The notes under the pieces are model-generated. The model was not told where the DNA came from and did not search any database. It saw only the letters and a program-made list of their open reading frames with translations. This document shows positions 52,249-60,511 of a DNA stretch of 64,000 bases, piece by piece. The DNA comes from an uncultured Burkholderiales bacterium (GTDB lineage Bacteria > Pseudomonadota > Gammaproteobacteria > Burkholderiales > Burkholderiaceae_C). The stretch lies in contig CAISPG010000093.1 of NCBI GenBank assembly GCA_903887325.1, forward strand, positions 9,931-73,930, read 5' to 3'. Numbering within the stretch: position 1 is the first letter of the stretch; every line of letters starts with the position of its first letter. The translations under genes and the position numbers were made by a program.

Positions 52249-52288
52249 GACACAATCAAGGTACCTGACATAAGGTGAGTATTCTCCC

Positions 52289-52870
52289 ATGGACAAAAAA
52301 GCACTTCGCCAACAACTGATTCAGGAACGCTTAGACATGCCCGACCGCGCGGCCCGGGCCAACCTGTTGCAACAAGTCATGCGCATCTGGTTGTTTGATC
52401 GCAAGGACACGGTCATCGGTGCTTATTGGCCCATCAAGGGCGAATTCGACCCCTTGCCGGCCTTGCATCGCTGGAAGGAAGACGGCGAATTGCTGGATGA
52501 CCCGGTGCTGCGCCGCATCGGTCTGCCGGTGGTTAACAAAGTCACCAAGACCTTGTCCTTTCACGCCTGGTACCCCGGTTGCGACATGGAAGAGGACGCC
52601 TACAACATTCCTAAGCCCAAGGACACAGAAGTTGTGGTGCCTACGCTCTTGTTTGTGCCTTGTGTCGGTTATGGCACCGGCGGTTACCGCTTGGGTTACG
52701 GCGGCGGTTTTTACGACCGCACCTTGGCGCAATTGCAACCCCAGCCTTTCACCGTCGGACTCGGCTTTACCAACGGCTTTATTGAAGACATGGTGCCCGA
52801 GTCACACGATATGCCGCTGGACGCTTTATTGAATGAAAACGGCGTGGTCTGGCCCACCCATTTTTCTTGA
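52289..52870 (+). CDS. ygfA: 5-formyltetrahydrofolate cyclo-ligase
   Basis: YWPIKGEFD, YNIPKP, LFVPCVG, RLGYGGGFYDRTL, HDMPLD. Confidence 0.92.
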   Translation: MDKKALRQQLIQERLDMPDRAARANLLQQVMRIWLFDRKDTVIGAYWPIKGEFDPLPALHRWKEDGELLDDPVLRRIGLPVVNKVTKTLSFHAWYPGCDMEEDAYNIPKPKDTEVVVPTLLFVPCVGYGTGGYRLGYGGGFYDRTLAQLQPQPFTVGLGFTNGFIEDMVPESHDMPLDALLNENGVVWPTHFS

Positions 52871-52921
52871 TCGATGTAACTTGCTTATGATGGACGCATT
52901 CCCTGTATCTCAAGGTGTGCC

Positions 52922-53902
52922 ATGTCCAAAGCCTTTGCCAGCCAGAGCGATCTGAGCGATAAGAAAATCAGTTTCACCCGCCTGAGCGAGCATTGCTGGG
53001 CTTATACCGCTGAAGGCGACCCGAATTCGGGTGTGATCATCGGTGACAAATACATACTGGTGAGCGACGCCACCGCCACGCCGCTGATGGCGCAGGACTT
53101 GATTGCTCGTATCCGTGAGGTCAGCGACAAACCTATCAAGTACGTGTTGTTGACCCACTACCATGCGGTTCGTGTGTTGGGTGCGAGTGCTTATCTGGCC
53201 GAGGGCGCCACTGAAGTTATCGCCAGCAAGGGTACTTATGACTTGATTGTCGAGCGCGGCGCCGAGGACATGCAAAGCGAAATGGATCGCTTCCCGCGTT
53301 TGTTCAGAGGCGCTGACAGCGTGCCCGGATTGACCTGGCCGACCTTGGTGTTCGGCGACGGCAAACCCGGCAGACACGGCAGTATCCGTTTGGATCTTGG
53401 TGGCGTCAGTGTCGACATCTGGCACCCGGGCGCTGGCCATACACGCGGCGACACGATTGCCTGGGTGGAGGCCGAGAAGGTCTTGTTCAGCGGTGATTTG
53501 GTCGAGTACCAGGCCGGTGTGTACACCGGAGACGCGCATCTGGCCGAATGGCCGGCTACTTTGGAAGCTTTACGTGGCTTGCAAGCAGAAGCCATCGTGC
53601 CTGGTCGCGGCGAGGCCATGATAGGCAGCGCCAATGTCAACAAATCACTGGACTACACCAAACTGTGGGTGGAAACATTGTTTGCTTGCGGCAAACAGGC
53701 GGTGGCGCAACACTTGGATTTGAAAGCTGCCATGGCTTTGACGCGTCAGCACATGGACCCGGTGTTCGGCCAGGTGTTTATTTATGAACACTGCCTGCCT
53801 TTCGATGTCAGCCGTGCATATGACGAGGCCAAGGGCATTGTCAATCCGCGCATTTGGACGGCAGAACGTGACAAGGAAATGTGGGCTTCCCTGCAAAACT
53901 AA
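52922..53902 (+). CDS. metallo-beta-lactamase-fold hydrolase with a degenerate metal motif
   Basis: DPNSGVIIG, THYHAVR in place of HxHxDH, GHTRGD, LFSGDLVE, VPGRG. Confidence 0.8.
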   Translation: MSKAFASQSDLSDKKISFTRLSEHCWAYTAEGDPNSGVIIGDKYILVSDATATPLMAQDLIARIREVSDKPIKYVLLTHYHAVRVLGASAYLAEGATEVIASKGTYDLIVERGAEDMQSEMDRFPRLFRGADSVPGLTWPTLVFGDGKPGRHGSIRLDLGGVSVDIWHPGAGHTRGDTIAWVEAEKVLFSGDLVEYQAGVYTGDAHLAEWPATLEALRGLQAEAIVPGRGEAMIGSANVNKSLDYTKLWVETLFACGKQAVAQHLDLKAAMALTRQHMDPVFGQVFIYEHCLPFDVSRAYDEAKGIVNPRIWTAERDKEMWASLQN

Positions 53903-53905
53903 AGC

Positions 53906-54811
53906 TCAAGACGGTTTGTACCGCATCAACCTGCGCACATCGTCTTCATAGCCTTTGAGTACCTTGACGGCGCGCGCACGTTGCTCCGCTGTGGTGGTGT
54001 TGTGCAATTGCGCTGAGGCTTCGCAATTCGTGCGTTTGCGTTTTTTTAGATATGCCTCGTAGGCCGGATCCGGGGTATGCAAGACGCTTTGCAGCCAGTC
54101 GTGCACCATGGCGCGTGCCTCTTCCGGTGCGGGATGGTTTTGCACCATGCGTTCATGCATGGCCAGGTTGTACTGTTGGACGCGCAATCGTTCAGCGTAG
54201 CTGCGTTCACCCTCAAAGCCTGAGTTTTGCGCCAGTTGCCGCAACAGTTGTTGTTGTACTGGACTCAGCCTGCCGTAAAAACGCTCGGCATTGGACTGCC
54301 CTTTGTCGGTTTGCACCTCAAGTTGTGCTTGCTTTGACGAGTCGAGCTTCCATTCCTTTCGGTAATCTTTCAAGTCTTCTGTGTATTTTTTTCTGAGGAC
54401 TTGTAGTTGCTTAGGCGTCAGGCTGAGGCCTAGCCGGGCTGTCGGTTCTTCAAACTGCGTCAGCAAAGGTTCCAGACTGTCGGCGGCTTCGTCAATCAGC
54501 GCACAGACTTGATCGGCGCTGACATCGTTTGGCGCGAGTTGTTGCGCCTGGCTCAGCCATTTAGCAAACATAGGCATCTGTTCACGGCGGTGCCATTCCA
54601 GCACTTGTTGCAAATCGGCCAGGGCTTGCTTTTCTTGCGCTGCGTTCAAGTCCAGGTGAGGATTGAGCCACAAAAACATGAACAGATTCGGGGCGTTGTT
54701 GTAGCCGGAGACGACCAAGCTACAGCCTGAGAATGTCAGCAGCCAGGTGCAAGCCGACAGTTTTGCCGCAAGCGCAAGCCAGCGCAGGCGCTGATTGATA
54801 ATCGCAGGCAT
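53906..54811 (-). CDS. putative lipoprotein (DUF6279-like)
   Basis: lipobox FSGC followed by GYNNAP, WL..HLDL, WHRREQMP; start ATG 54811. Confidence 0.7.
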   Translation of the reverse strand: MPAIINQRLRWLALAAKLSACTWLLTFSGCSLVVSGYNNAPNLFMFLWLNPHLDLNAAQEKQALADLQQVLEWHRREQMPMFAKWLSQAQQLAPNDVSADQVCALIDEAADSLEPLLTQFEEPTARLGLSLTPKQLQVLRKKYTEDLKDYRKEWKLDSSKQAQLEVQTDKGQSNAERFYGRLSPVQQQLLRQLAQNSGFEGERSYAERLRVQQYNLAMHERMVQNHPAPEEARAMVHDWLQSVLHTPDPAYEAYLKKRKRTNCEASAQLHNTTTAEQRARAVKVLKGYEDDVRRLMRYKPS

Positions 54812-54827
54812 ACAGGGAAATAAATTC

Positions 54828-56213
54828 ATGTCAAACATTGATGTGGTGATCATGGCGGCGGGCAAAGGCACCCGCATGCAAAGCAGTATGCCTAAAGTGC
54901 TGCACCGTTTGGGTGGCAGGGCTTTGTTGCAGCATGTGATAGACACGGCGCAGCATATTCAGGCGCGGCGCGTGGTGGTGATTACCGGCCATGGTGCCGA
55001 GCAGGTGGAGTCCATGTTGGCAGCGCAAAGCGGCTTGCAGTCCGTGCGCCAAATGCCGCAACTCGGCACCGGACACGCCATGCAGCAAGCTGTTCCGGTG
55101 TTGGACGACGATGGCGTGACACTGGTCTTGTCCGGTGATGTGCCTTTGATTCAGGCGGATACTTTGCTGGCTTTGTTGACACTGTGCGACCACAGTCATC
55201 TGGCTTTGCTGACATTGCAAACACCAACGCCTGCCGGTTACGGCCGTATTTTGCGCAACCCGCAGCAACAGGTCACAGGTATTGTTGAAGAAAAAGACGC
55301 CAGCGATGAGCAGAAAAAAATACCTGAGATTTACAGCGGCATCATGGCGGTTCCTACGCGCTTGCTGCGCGCCTGGCTGGCGCGGCTGGACAACCGAAAT
55401 GCGCAGGGCGAGTTTTATTTGACCGATGTGGTGGGCTTCGCTGCGGCTGATGGCTGCGAGGTGAGGGCACATTGCATAACCCGGGCCTGGCAGGTCGAGG
55501 GTGTCAACACGCCTGTGCAATTGGCAGCGCTGGAGCGCACGTTCCAGCTGCTGCAAGCGCAGGCCTTGATGCGCCAGGGTGTACGGCTGGCCGACCCGGC
55601 GCGGCTGGATGTGCGTGGCGAGCTGGTCTGCGGCGCGGATGTAGAAATCGATGTGAACAATGTGTTTGAAGGCCGGGTCAGTCTGGGCGAAGGTGTACAT
55701 ATCGGGCCCAACTGCGTGATCATCAATGCCGAGATCGGTGCCGGTACCCGGGTGCTGGGCTTTACACATATCAACGGCGAGGACAAAGGAGTGCGCATAG
55801 GCAAGGGCGCACGCATCGGACCGTTTGCGCGGCTGCGTCCCGGCGCTGATCTGGGCGATGAAGTGCACATCGGAAATTTTGTTGAAGTGAAAAACAGCAG
55901 CCTGGCCAAAGGTGCCAAAGCCAATCACCTGGCCTACCTGGGAGACCTGAGCGTTGGCGAGCGGGTCAACTATGGTGCCGGTGTCATTTCGGCCAATTAC
56001 GACGGCGTCAATAAGCACCACACCAGCATTGAGGCGGATGTGCACATCGGCAGCAACAGCGTGCTGGTGTCACCGCTGACTGTGGGTGCGGGCGGCACCA
56101 TAGGCGCGGGTTCGGTGATCACCAAAGACACTGCACCGGGTGCGTTGACAGTGGCGCGCGGCAAGCAAATCAGCATTCCCGGCTGGCAGCGGCCGGTGAA
56201 AAAAAACAAATAA
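54828..56213 (+). CDS. glmU: bifunctional UDP-GlcNAc diphosphorylase / glucosamine-1-phosphate acetyltransferase
   Basis: MAAGKGTRM, QLGTGHA, GYGRILR, NAQGEFYLTD, hexapeptide repeats, GNFVEVKN, HLAYLGD, NYDG. Confidence 0.97.
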   Translation: MSNIDVVIMAAGKGTRMQSSMPKVLHRLGGRALLQHVIDTAQHIQARRVVVITGHGAEQVESMLAAQSGLQSVRQMPQLGTGHAMQQAVPVLDDDGVTLVLSGDVPLIQADTLLALLTLCDHSHLALLTLQTPTPAGYGRILRNPQQQVTGIVEEKDASDEQKKIPEIYSGIMAVPTRLLRAWLARLDNRNAQGEFYLTDVVGFAAADGCEVRAHCITRAWQVEGVNTPVQLAALERTFQLLQAQALMRQGVRLADPARLDVRGELVCGADVEIDVNNVFEGRVSLGEGVHIGPNCVIINAEIGAGTRVLGFTHINGEDKGVRIGKGARIGPFARLRPGADLGDEVHIGNFVEVKNSSLAKGAKANHLAYLGDLSVGERVNYGAGVISANYDGVNKHHTSIEADVHIGSNSVLVSPLTVGAGGTIGAGSVITKDTAPGALTVARGKQISIPGWQRPVKKNK

Positions 56214-56225
56214 AGGGCAGACACT

Positions 56226-58115
56226 ATGTGTGGCATCGTCGGCGCGGTTTCCAGTCGCAATATGGTTCCTGTATTGGTTCAAGGCCTGCAACGCCTTGAG
56301 TACCGTGGCTATGACTCCTGCGGCGTTGCGGTCAATGCCGATGTGCCGCAGCTTGGTCAAGCCGCCGGTTTGCAGCGTGCCCGCAGTACCTCGCGCGTAG
56401 CCGAACTGGTCGCGCAGGTGAACGATGCAGACGGCGGATTGCAGGGCAAAACAGGTATTGCGCATACGCGCTGGGCAACCCACGGCGCCCCAGCGGTGCA
56501 CAACGCCCACCCGCACTTCAGCAACGGTCCGGGTCAGTCTGTCAGCGATTCAGTGGCGCGTATCGCGCTGGTGCATAACGGCATCATCGAAAACTATGAA
56601 GAACTTCGTGCGCAGTTGCAGGCCAAGGGCTACGTGTTTGCCAGCCAGACCGATACCGAGGTGATGGTGCATTTGATTGATTCTTTGTACCAGGGCGATG
56701 TGTTGCAAGCGGTGACACAGGCTATTGCACAGTTGCATGGTGCGTTTGCCATTGCCGTGATTGCCAGAGACGAGCCTCAGCGTGTCATCGGCGCCAGAGC
56801 AGGCTCGCCGCTGATTTTGGGTGTAGGTCAAGGTGAAAATTTTCTGGCCAGCGATGCCATGGCACTGGCCGGCGTGACCGATCAAATTGTGTATCTTGCC
56901 GAAGGTGATGTGGTCGATTTGCAATTGAATTCGCACACGGTCTACGACGCAGCACAACAAGTGGTGTTGCGTGAAGTGCAAACGGTACAGGCGCACAGCG
57001 GCGCGGCCGAGTTAGGCCCTTTCAGGCACTACATGCAAAAGGAAATCTTCGAGCAGCCGCGCGCGATTGCCGATACGCTGGAAGGCATTGAAGGCATAGT
57101 GCCGCAACTGTTTGACCGCTCGGATCGCCAGGGCGAAGCTGCCGAGGTATTTGCAGCCACTGACTCGGTGCTGATACTGGCTTGCGGCACCAGTTATTAC
57201 AGCGCGTGTGTGGCCAAGTACTGGCTGGAATCGCTGGCGCAGATTCCGTGTCAGGTAGAGGTTGCCAGTGAATACCGTTACCGCGACAGCGTGCCCGACC
57301 CGCGCACGCTGGTGGTCACCATCAGCCAATCGGGTGAAACCGCCGATACGCTGGCCGCCTTGCGCCACGCGCAAAGCCTGGGCATGAGGCATACGCTCAC
57401 CATTTGCAATGTGGCCACCTCGGCCATGGTGCGCGAGTGCAAGCTGGCCTATATCACCCGCGCAGGCGTGGAAATCGGCGTGGCCTCGACCAAGGCCTTC
57501 ACGACGCAACTCGCAGGCCTGTTTTTGTTGACGCTGACCTTGGCGAAATCCAGGGGTCGCTTGAACGCCGAGACAGAAGCACAACACCTCAAAGCCATGC
57601 GGCATTTGCCGCTGGCTTTGCAAAGTGTGTTGGCCCTGGAGCCGCAAGTCATCGCCTGGGCCCAGGATTTTGCGAATAAGGAAAACGCCTTGTTTCTGGG
57701 GCGCGGCATGCATTACCCGATCGCCATGGAAGGCGCTTTAAAGCTCAAAGAGATCAGCTATATCCATGCGGAAGCCTACCCGGCCGGTGAGTTGAAACAC
57801 GGGCCGCTGGCGCTGGTTACCAGCGCCATGCCGGTGGTGACAGTCGCTCCCAACGACGCCTTGCTAGAAAAACTCAAAAGCAATTTGCAGGAAGTGCGCG
57901 CGCGCGGCGGCGTGTTGTATGTGTTGGCAGACGCCGACACTCGCATTCAGTCCGGCGAAGGCTTGCACGTGATACGCATGCCCGAGCATTACGGTGCTTT
58001 GTCGCCTTTGCTGCACGTCGTGCCTTTGCAATTGCTGGCCTATCACACAGCATGCGCGCGGGGCACTGATGTAGACAAACCGAGGAATCTGGCCAAAAGC
58101 GTGACAGTAGAGTAG
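56226..58115 (+). CDS. glmS: glutamine--fructose-6-phosphate aminotransferase
   Basis: [61 protein letters not shown]. Confidence 0.98.
   Translation: MCGIVGAVSSRNMVPVLVQGLQRLEYRGYDSCGVAVNADVPQLGQAAGLQRARSTSRVAELVAQVNDADGGLQGKTGIAHTRWATHGAPAVHNAHPHFSNGPGQSVSDSVARIALVHNGIIENYEELRAQLQAKGYVFASQTDTEVMVHLIDSLYQGDVLQAVTQAIAQLHGAFAIAVIARDEPQRVIGARAGSPLILGVGQGENFLASDAMALAGVTDQIVYLAEGDVVDLQLNSHTVYDAAQQVVLREVQTVQAHSGAAELGPFRHYMQKEIFEQPRAIADTLEGIEGIVPQLFDRSDRQGEAAEVFAATDSVLILACGTSYYSACVAKYWLESLAQIPCQVEVASEYRYRDSVPDPRTLVVTISQSGETADTLAALRHAQSLGMRHTLTICNVATSAMVRECKLAYITRAGVEIGVASTKAFTTQLAGLFLLTLTLAKSRGRLNAETEAQHLKAMRHLPLALQSVLALEPQVIAWAQDFANKENALFLGRGMHYPIAMEGALKLKEISYIHAEAYPAGELKHGPLALVTSAMPVVTVAPNDALLEKLKSNLQEVRARGGVLYVLADADTRIQSGEGLHVIRMPEHYGALSPLLHVVPLQLLAYHTACARGTDVDKPRNLAKSVTVE
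58098..58115 (+). repeat. SVTVE-stop coding segment, copy 1 (glmS 3' end)
   Basis: AGC GTG ACA GTA GAG TAG. Confidence 0.7.
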
Positions 58116-58123
58116 TCACGCAA

Positions 58124-58438
58124 GTGAGTAATTTTGATGATATAAAAGAAGTCAAAATTACCCTAAAAATCACCTCAAAAGCCTTGTATTACATGGCTTA
58201 TTCAACGTACCAACAATGGTTGTTTGAGAAGGTTTGCTATCTACGAGATGTAGAAAAAATGACTTTTGATGCAATCGCTAAAAGAATCACATCTGAGGGC
58301 TTCAAATCAGCTAGGGGCTTCCAATTTATTGCTGAAAGTGCCTTTTCTACATACAAGAAGGGCAATGTACGAAAGCAACGTTTACGAGTGCAACAAGAAT
58401 GGTGTAAAGACTTTTGGACAAGAAATCACAGACCTTGA
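58124..58438 (+). CDS. small basic protein resembling a stand-alone serine-recombinase DNA-binding (recombinase) domain; 3' end probably fused at a deletion junction
   Basis: GTG start 9 bp after the glmS stop; MTFDAIAKRITSEGFKSARGFQF resembles the IA..Ln..G..t.rG..W pattern. Confidence 0.5.
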   Translation: MSNFDDIKEVKITLKITSKALYYMAYSTYQQWLFEKVCYLRDVEKMTFDAIAKRITSEGFKSARGFQFIAESAFSTYKKGNVRKQRLRVQQEWCKDFWTRNHRP

Positions 58439-58769
58439 TACAAAAAGTGAAGAAAAAAAGAAAGCGTACATTGAAGGCTTAGTGAAGCAGATAGATGTGC
58501 AATGGAATGAATCTGAACGAGAGCATGAATTGACTTTGACTTTCAATTTGCCAATAGTCAACGATGGAATTACTTGGCGCGAAATAGAGAACTATGAAGG
58601 TCATGGAAGGCGTGCAAGGCGATATGACATTTACGAAGGTTCAACAAAAACGATTCTGAAAGCAAAAAAAAAGGATGGGAGAGGATAATTAATGTACAAA
58701 ATAAGTATTCAAATAATCAAGAAATGTCCAAATACTCACTTGCATTACCTGTCCGTCACTGTTGAGTAA
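58400..58769 (+). pseudogene. C-terminal fragment of a probable large serine recombinase
   Basis: KKKAYIEGLVKQIDV...HELTLTFNLP resembles large-serine-recombinase C-termini; no catalytic N-terminus; one in-frame TAA (58686-88), then the frame continues to HYLSVTVE-stop. Confidence 0.5.
58752..58769 (+). repeat. SVTVE-stop coding segment, copy 2 (degenerate duplicate of the glmS end)
   Basis: TCC GTC ACT GTT GAG TAA; same peptide as copy 1 with synonymous codons. Confidence 0.65.
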
Positions 58770-58900
58770 CACCTCCTCTTAATGCATCGAACAAGCGCTT
58801 AGGTGTTCGCTTGCAACAGGATTCAACTGCCTTAATTACTGGCAACCAGTATCACTATAAATCGCTAGACTTGATTCCATTTAGATTCTGTTTCAAGTTT

Positions 58901-59776
58901 GTGTACAAATACGTTTCAATTATTTTTCTGAGTGTGCTTTGTGCGTGCGGCGGCGGTTCATCCGATAGTCCGCCGCTTGCGCCTGCACTGCTCTCGCTGA
59001 GCGCCAGTCAAACGGCTTACCAAGCTGCCAACCGTCAAATCACGTTGTCGGTCAAAGGCAATGATGTGTCGAGCGCTTACTGCTTCAAAACCGACGCTGC
59101 CAAACCTCTGGCTAGTGATGGCTGTTTTCAAAGTGACGCCAGCAAGACCATTGATTTGAATGGCAGTCAGGCGCTTTACTACGTGTGGGGCAAGAGCGCC
59201 ACCAATCAGGTCAGTGACGCCGCCTTGACCGGTCCGTGTTCGGCCGTTGCTTTTGCTGCATCAGCCAAAAGCAGTTTGCCCACGGTATGCATGATGACCG
59301 ATCAGGGCGATATGGTGATTGAACTTGAAAATGTCAAGGCGCCTGTGACTGTGACCAATTTTTTGAAGTATGTGAACGCAGGTTTTTACAGCGGCACGGT
59401 GTTTCACAGGCTGAGTTCCAACTTTGTGCAAGGTGGCGGCGAGCAGGTCATCAACGGAAAACTCTTCGAAAAAGCGACTTTGTATGAGTCCATTGTTCTT
59501 GAAAAACCAGGCACCACCAATGTACTCAACAACATTTACTCGATTGCCATGGCAAGAACCTCAGTTGAAAATTCGGCTACTTCCGGCTTCTTCATTAATC
59601 TGGACAATAACTCGGGTTTTAATGCTGACAACAATGCGTATGCAGCATTCGGCAGATTGATTTATGGCTTTTCAACCGCACAAGCTATTTCTAAATTCCC
59701 CGGGGTGACTTCCGGCGACGGTACGGTGACCCCGACTACTCCGCCGGTGATTCAATGGGTGATACAGCTGAAATAG
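58901..59776 (+). CDS. lipoprotein with an unknown N-terminal domain and a C-terminal cyclophilin-type peptidyl-prolyl isomerase domain
   Basis: probable GTG start; lipobox LCAC-GGG; APVTVTNFLKYV, GTVFHR, QGGG, AMART, SATSGFFIN, YAAFG. Confidence 0.8.
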   Translation: MYKYVSIIFLSVLCACGGGSSDSPPLAPALLSLSASQTAYQAANRQITLSVKGNDVSSAYCFKTDAAKPLASDGCFQSDASKTIDLNGSQALYYVWGKSATNQVSDAALTGPCSAVAFAASAKSSLPTVCMMTDQGDMVIELENVKAPVTVTNFLKYVNAGFYSGTVFHRLSSNFVQGGGEQVINGKLFEKATLYESIVLEKPGTTNVLNNIYSIAMARTSVENSATSGFFINLDNNSGFNADNNAYAAFGRLIYGFSTAQAISKFPGVTSGDGTVTPTTPPVIQWVIQLK

Positions 59777-59847
59777 GTTTGGGGTTCAGTAGACACTGTG
59801 AGCCTTTCATCAGTTAAAGTCATTTCCCTGTTTAACGGGGAAAACTG

Positions 59848-60411
59848 ATGACACAAGATTACACCAGCACACCGGATAACTTGCCCGTCCCGCAAGATGA
59901 CGGTGCGGCTGACCATTTGCTTGGCATGCGTTTGCCGACCTTGGCTTTGTCTTCCACGCTGGGCGGTCAGGTGGATGTATCAACGCTTGGCGGCTATGTG
60001 TTGATTTACTGTTACCCCATGACCGGGCAGCCGGGTGTACCCTTGCCGCCGGGCTGGGATCAGATTCCAGGCGCGCGCGGCTGCACCCCGCAGACCACGG
60101 CCTACCGCGACCATTACGCAGAGTTAGAGGAACTTGGCGTGCAAGTGTTCGGTCTGAGTACCCAGACCACAAATTACCAACTGGAAATGGCGCAACGCCT
60201 GCATTTGCCGTTTTCAGTGCTGAGTGATGAACACATGTTGTTTGCCCAAGCTTTGCGTTTGCCGACTTTTCATGCCTCCGGCATGCATTTGCTCAAACGG
60301 TTGACGCTGATTGCCGAAGACGGCGAAGTCTTGGCGGTGAAATACCCGATTTTTCCCAGCAACAGCGATGCTGTCTGGGCGTTAGAGTGGTTGCGCCAAC
60401 ACAAGGCCTAG
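59848..60411 (+). CDS. peroxiredoxin (AhpC/TSA/BCP-like redoxin)
   Basis: YCYPMTG...PGARGCTPQ, VFGLSTQ, LPFSVLSD, KRLTLI, YPIFP. Confidence 0.85.
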   Translation: MTQDYTSTPDNLPVPQDDGAADHLLGMRLPTLALSSTLGGQVDVSTLGGYVLIYCYPMTGQPGVPLPPGWDQIPGARGCTPQTTAYRDHYAELEELGVQVFGLSTQTTNYQLEMAQRLHLPFSVLSDEHMLFAQALRLPTFHASGMHLLKRLTLIAEDGEVLAVKYPIFPSNSDAVWALEWLRQHKA

Positions 60412-60511
60412 CAGTGAGACACTGGCAGCGCGCTTTGCAGACATTGTTTACATGGCTGCATCCGCTGGAAACCGGTAAGTCGAAAAACGCAGACGGATGA
60501 CAGATAAAAAT

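Larger units (their letters stand above)
58116..58769 (+). mobile_element. AT-rich remnant of a putative recombinase-based element integrated at the glmS 3' end
   Basis: abrupt GC drop (hand counts 18/60 for 58141-58200 and 15/60 for 58681-58740, versus 31-40/60 in three glmS lines); recombinase-like ORF fragments; bounded by two SVTVE-stop coding segments. Confidence 0.6.

Noticed and set aside
52249-52288. 6S RNA upstream of ygfA
   Set aside because: The gap to the divergent slt gene is only about 40 bp, too short for 6S RNA.
54831-56045. 404-aa minus-strand ORF
   Set aside because: Antisense shadow of glmU, expected in GC-rich coding DNA. The same applies to 12857-13804, 16244-17107, 4072-4977 and 30145-30942.
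56214-56225. glmS ribozyme
   Set aside because: Only 12 bp separate glmU and glmS, and the ribozyme is a mainly Gram-positive element.
58763-58811. Integron attC-like site (TAAC ... GTT with inverted repeat)
   Set aside because: Does not fit RYYYAAC/GTTRRRY, is shorter than typical attC sites, and there is no integrase or cassette array.
58116-58930. Tn7 insertion at attTn7 downstream of glmS
   Set aside because: No TGT...ACA Tn7-type ends, repeated TnsB sites, 5-bp target duplication or tns genes are visible; the ORF fragments look recombinase-like instead.
60412-60511. Two imperfect hairpins between peroxiredoxin and cho as a possible small RNA
   Set aside because: Stems are short and mismatched, with no promoter or U-tract; more simply weak convergent terminators or chance.
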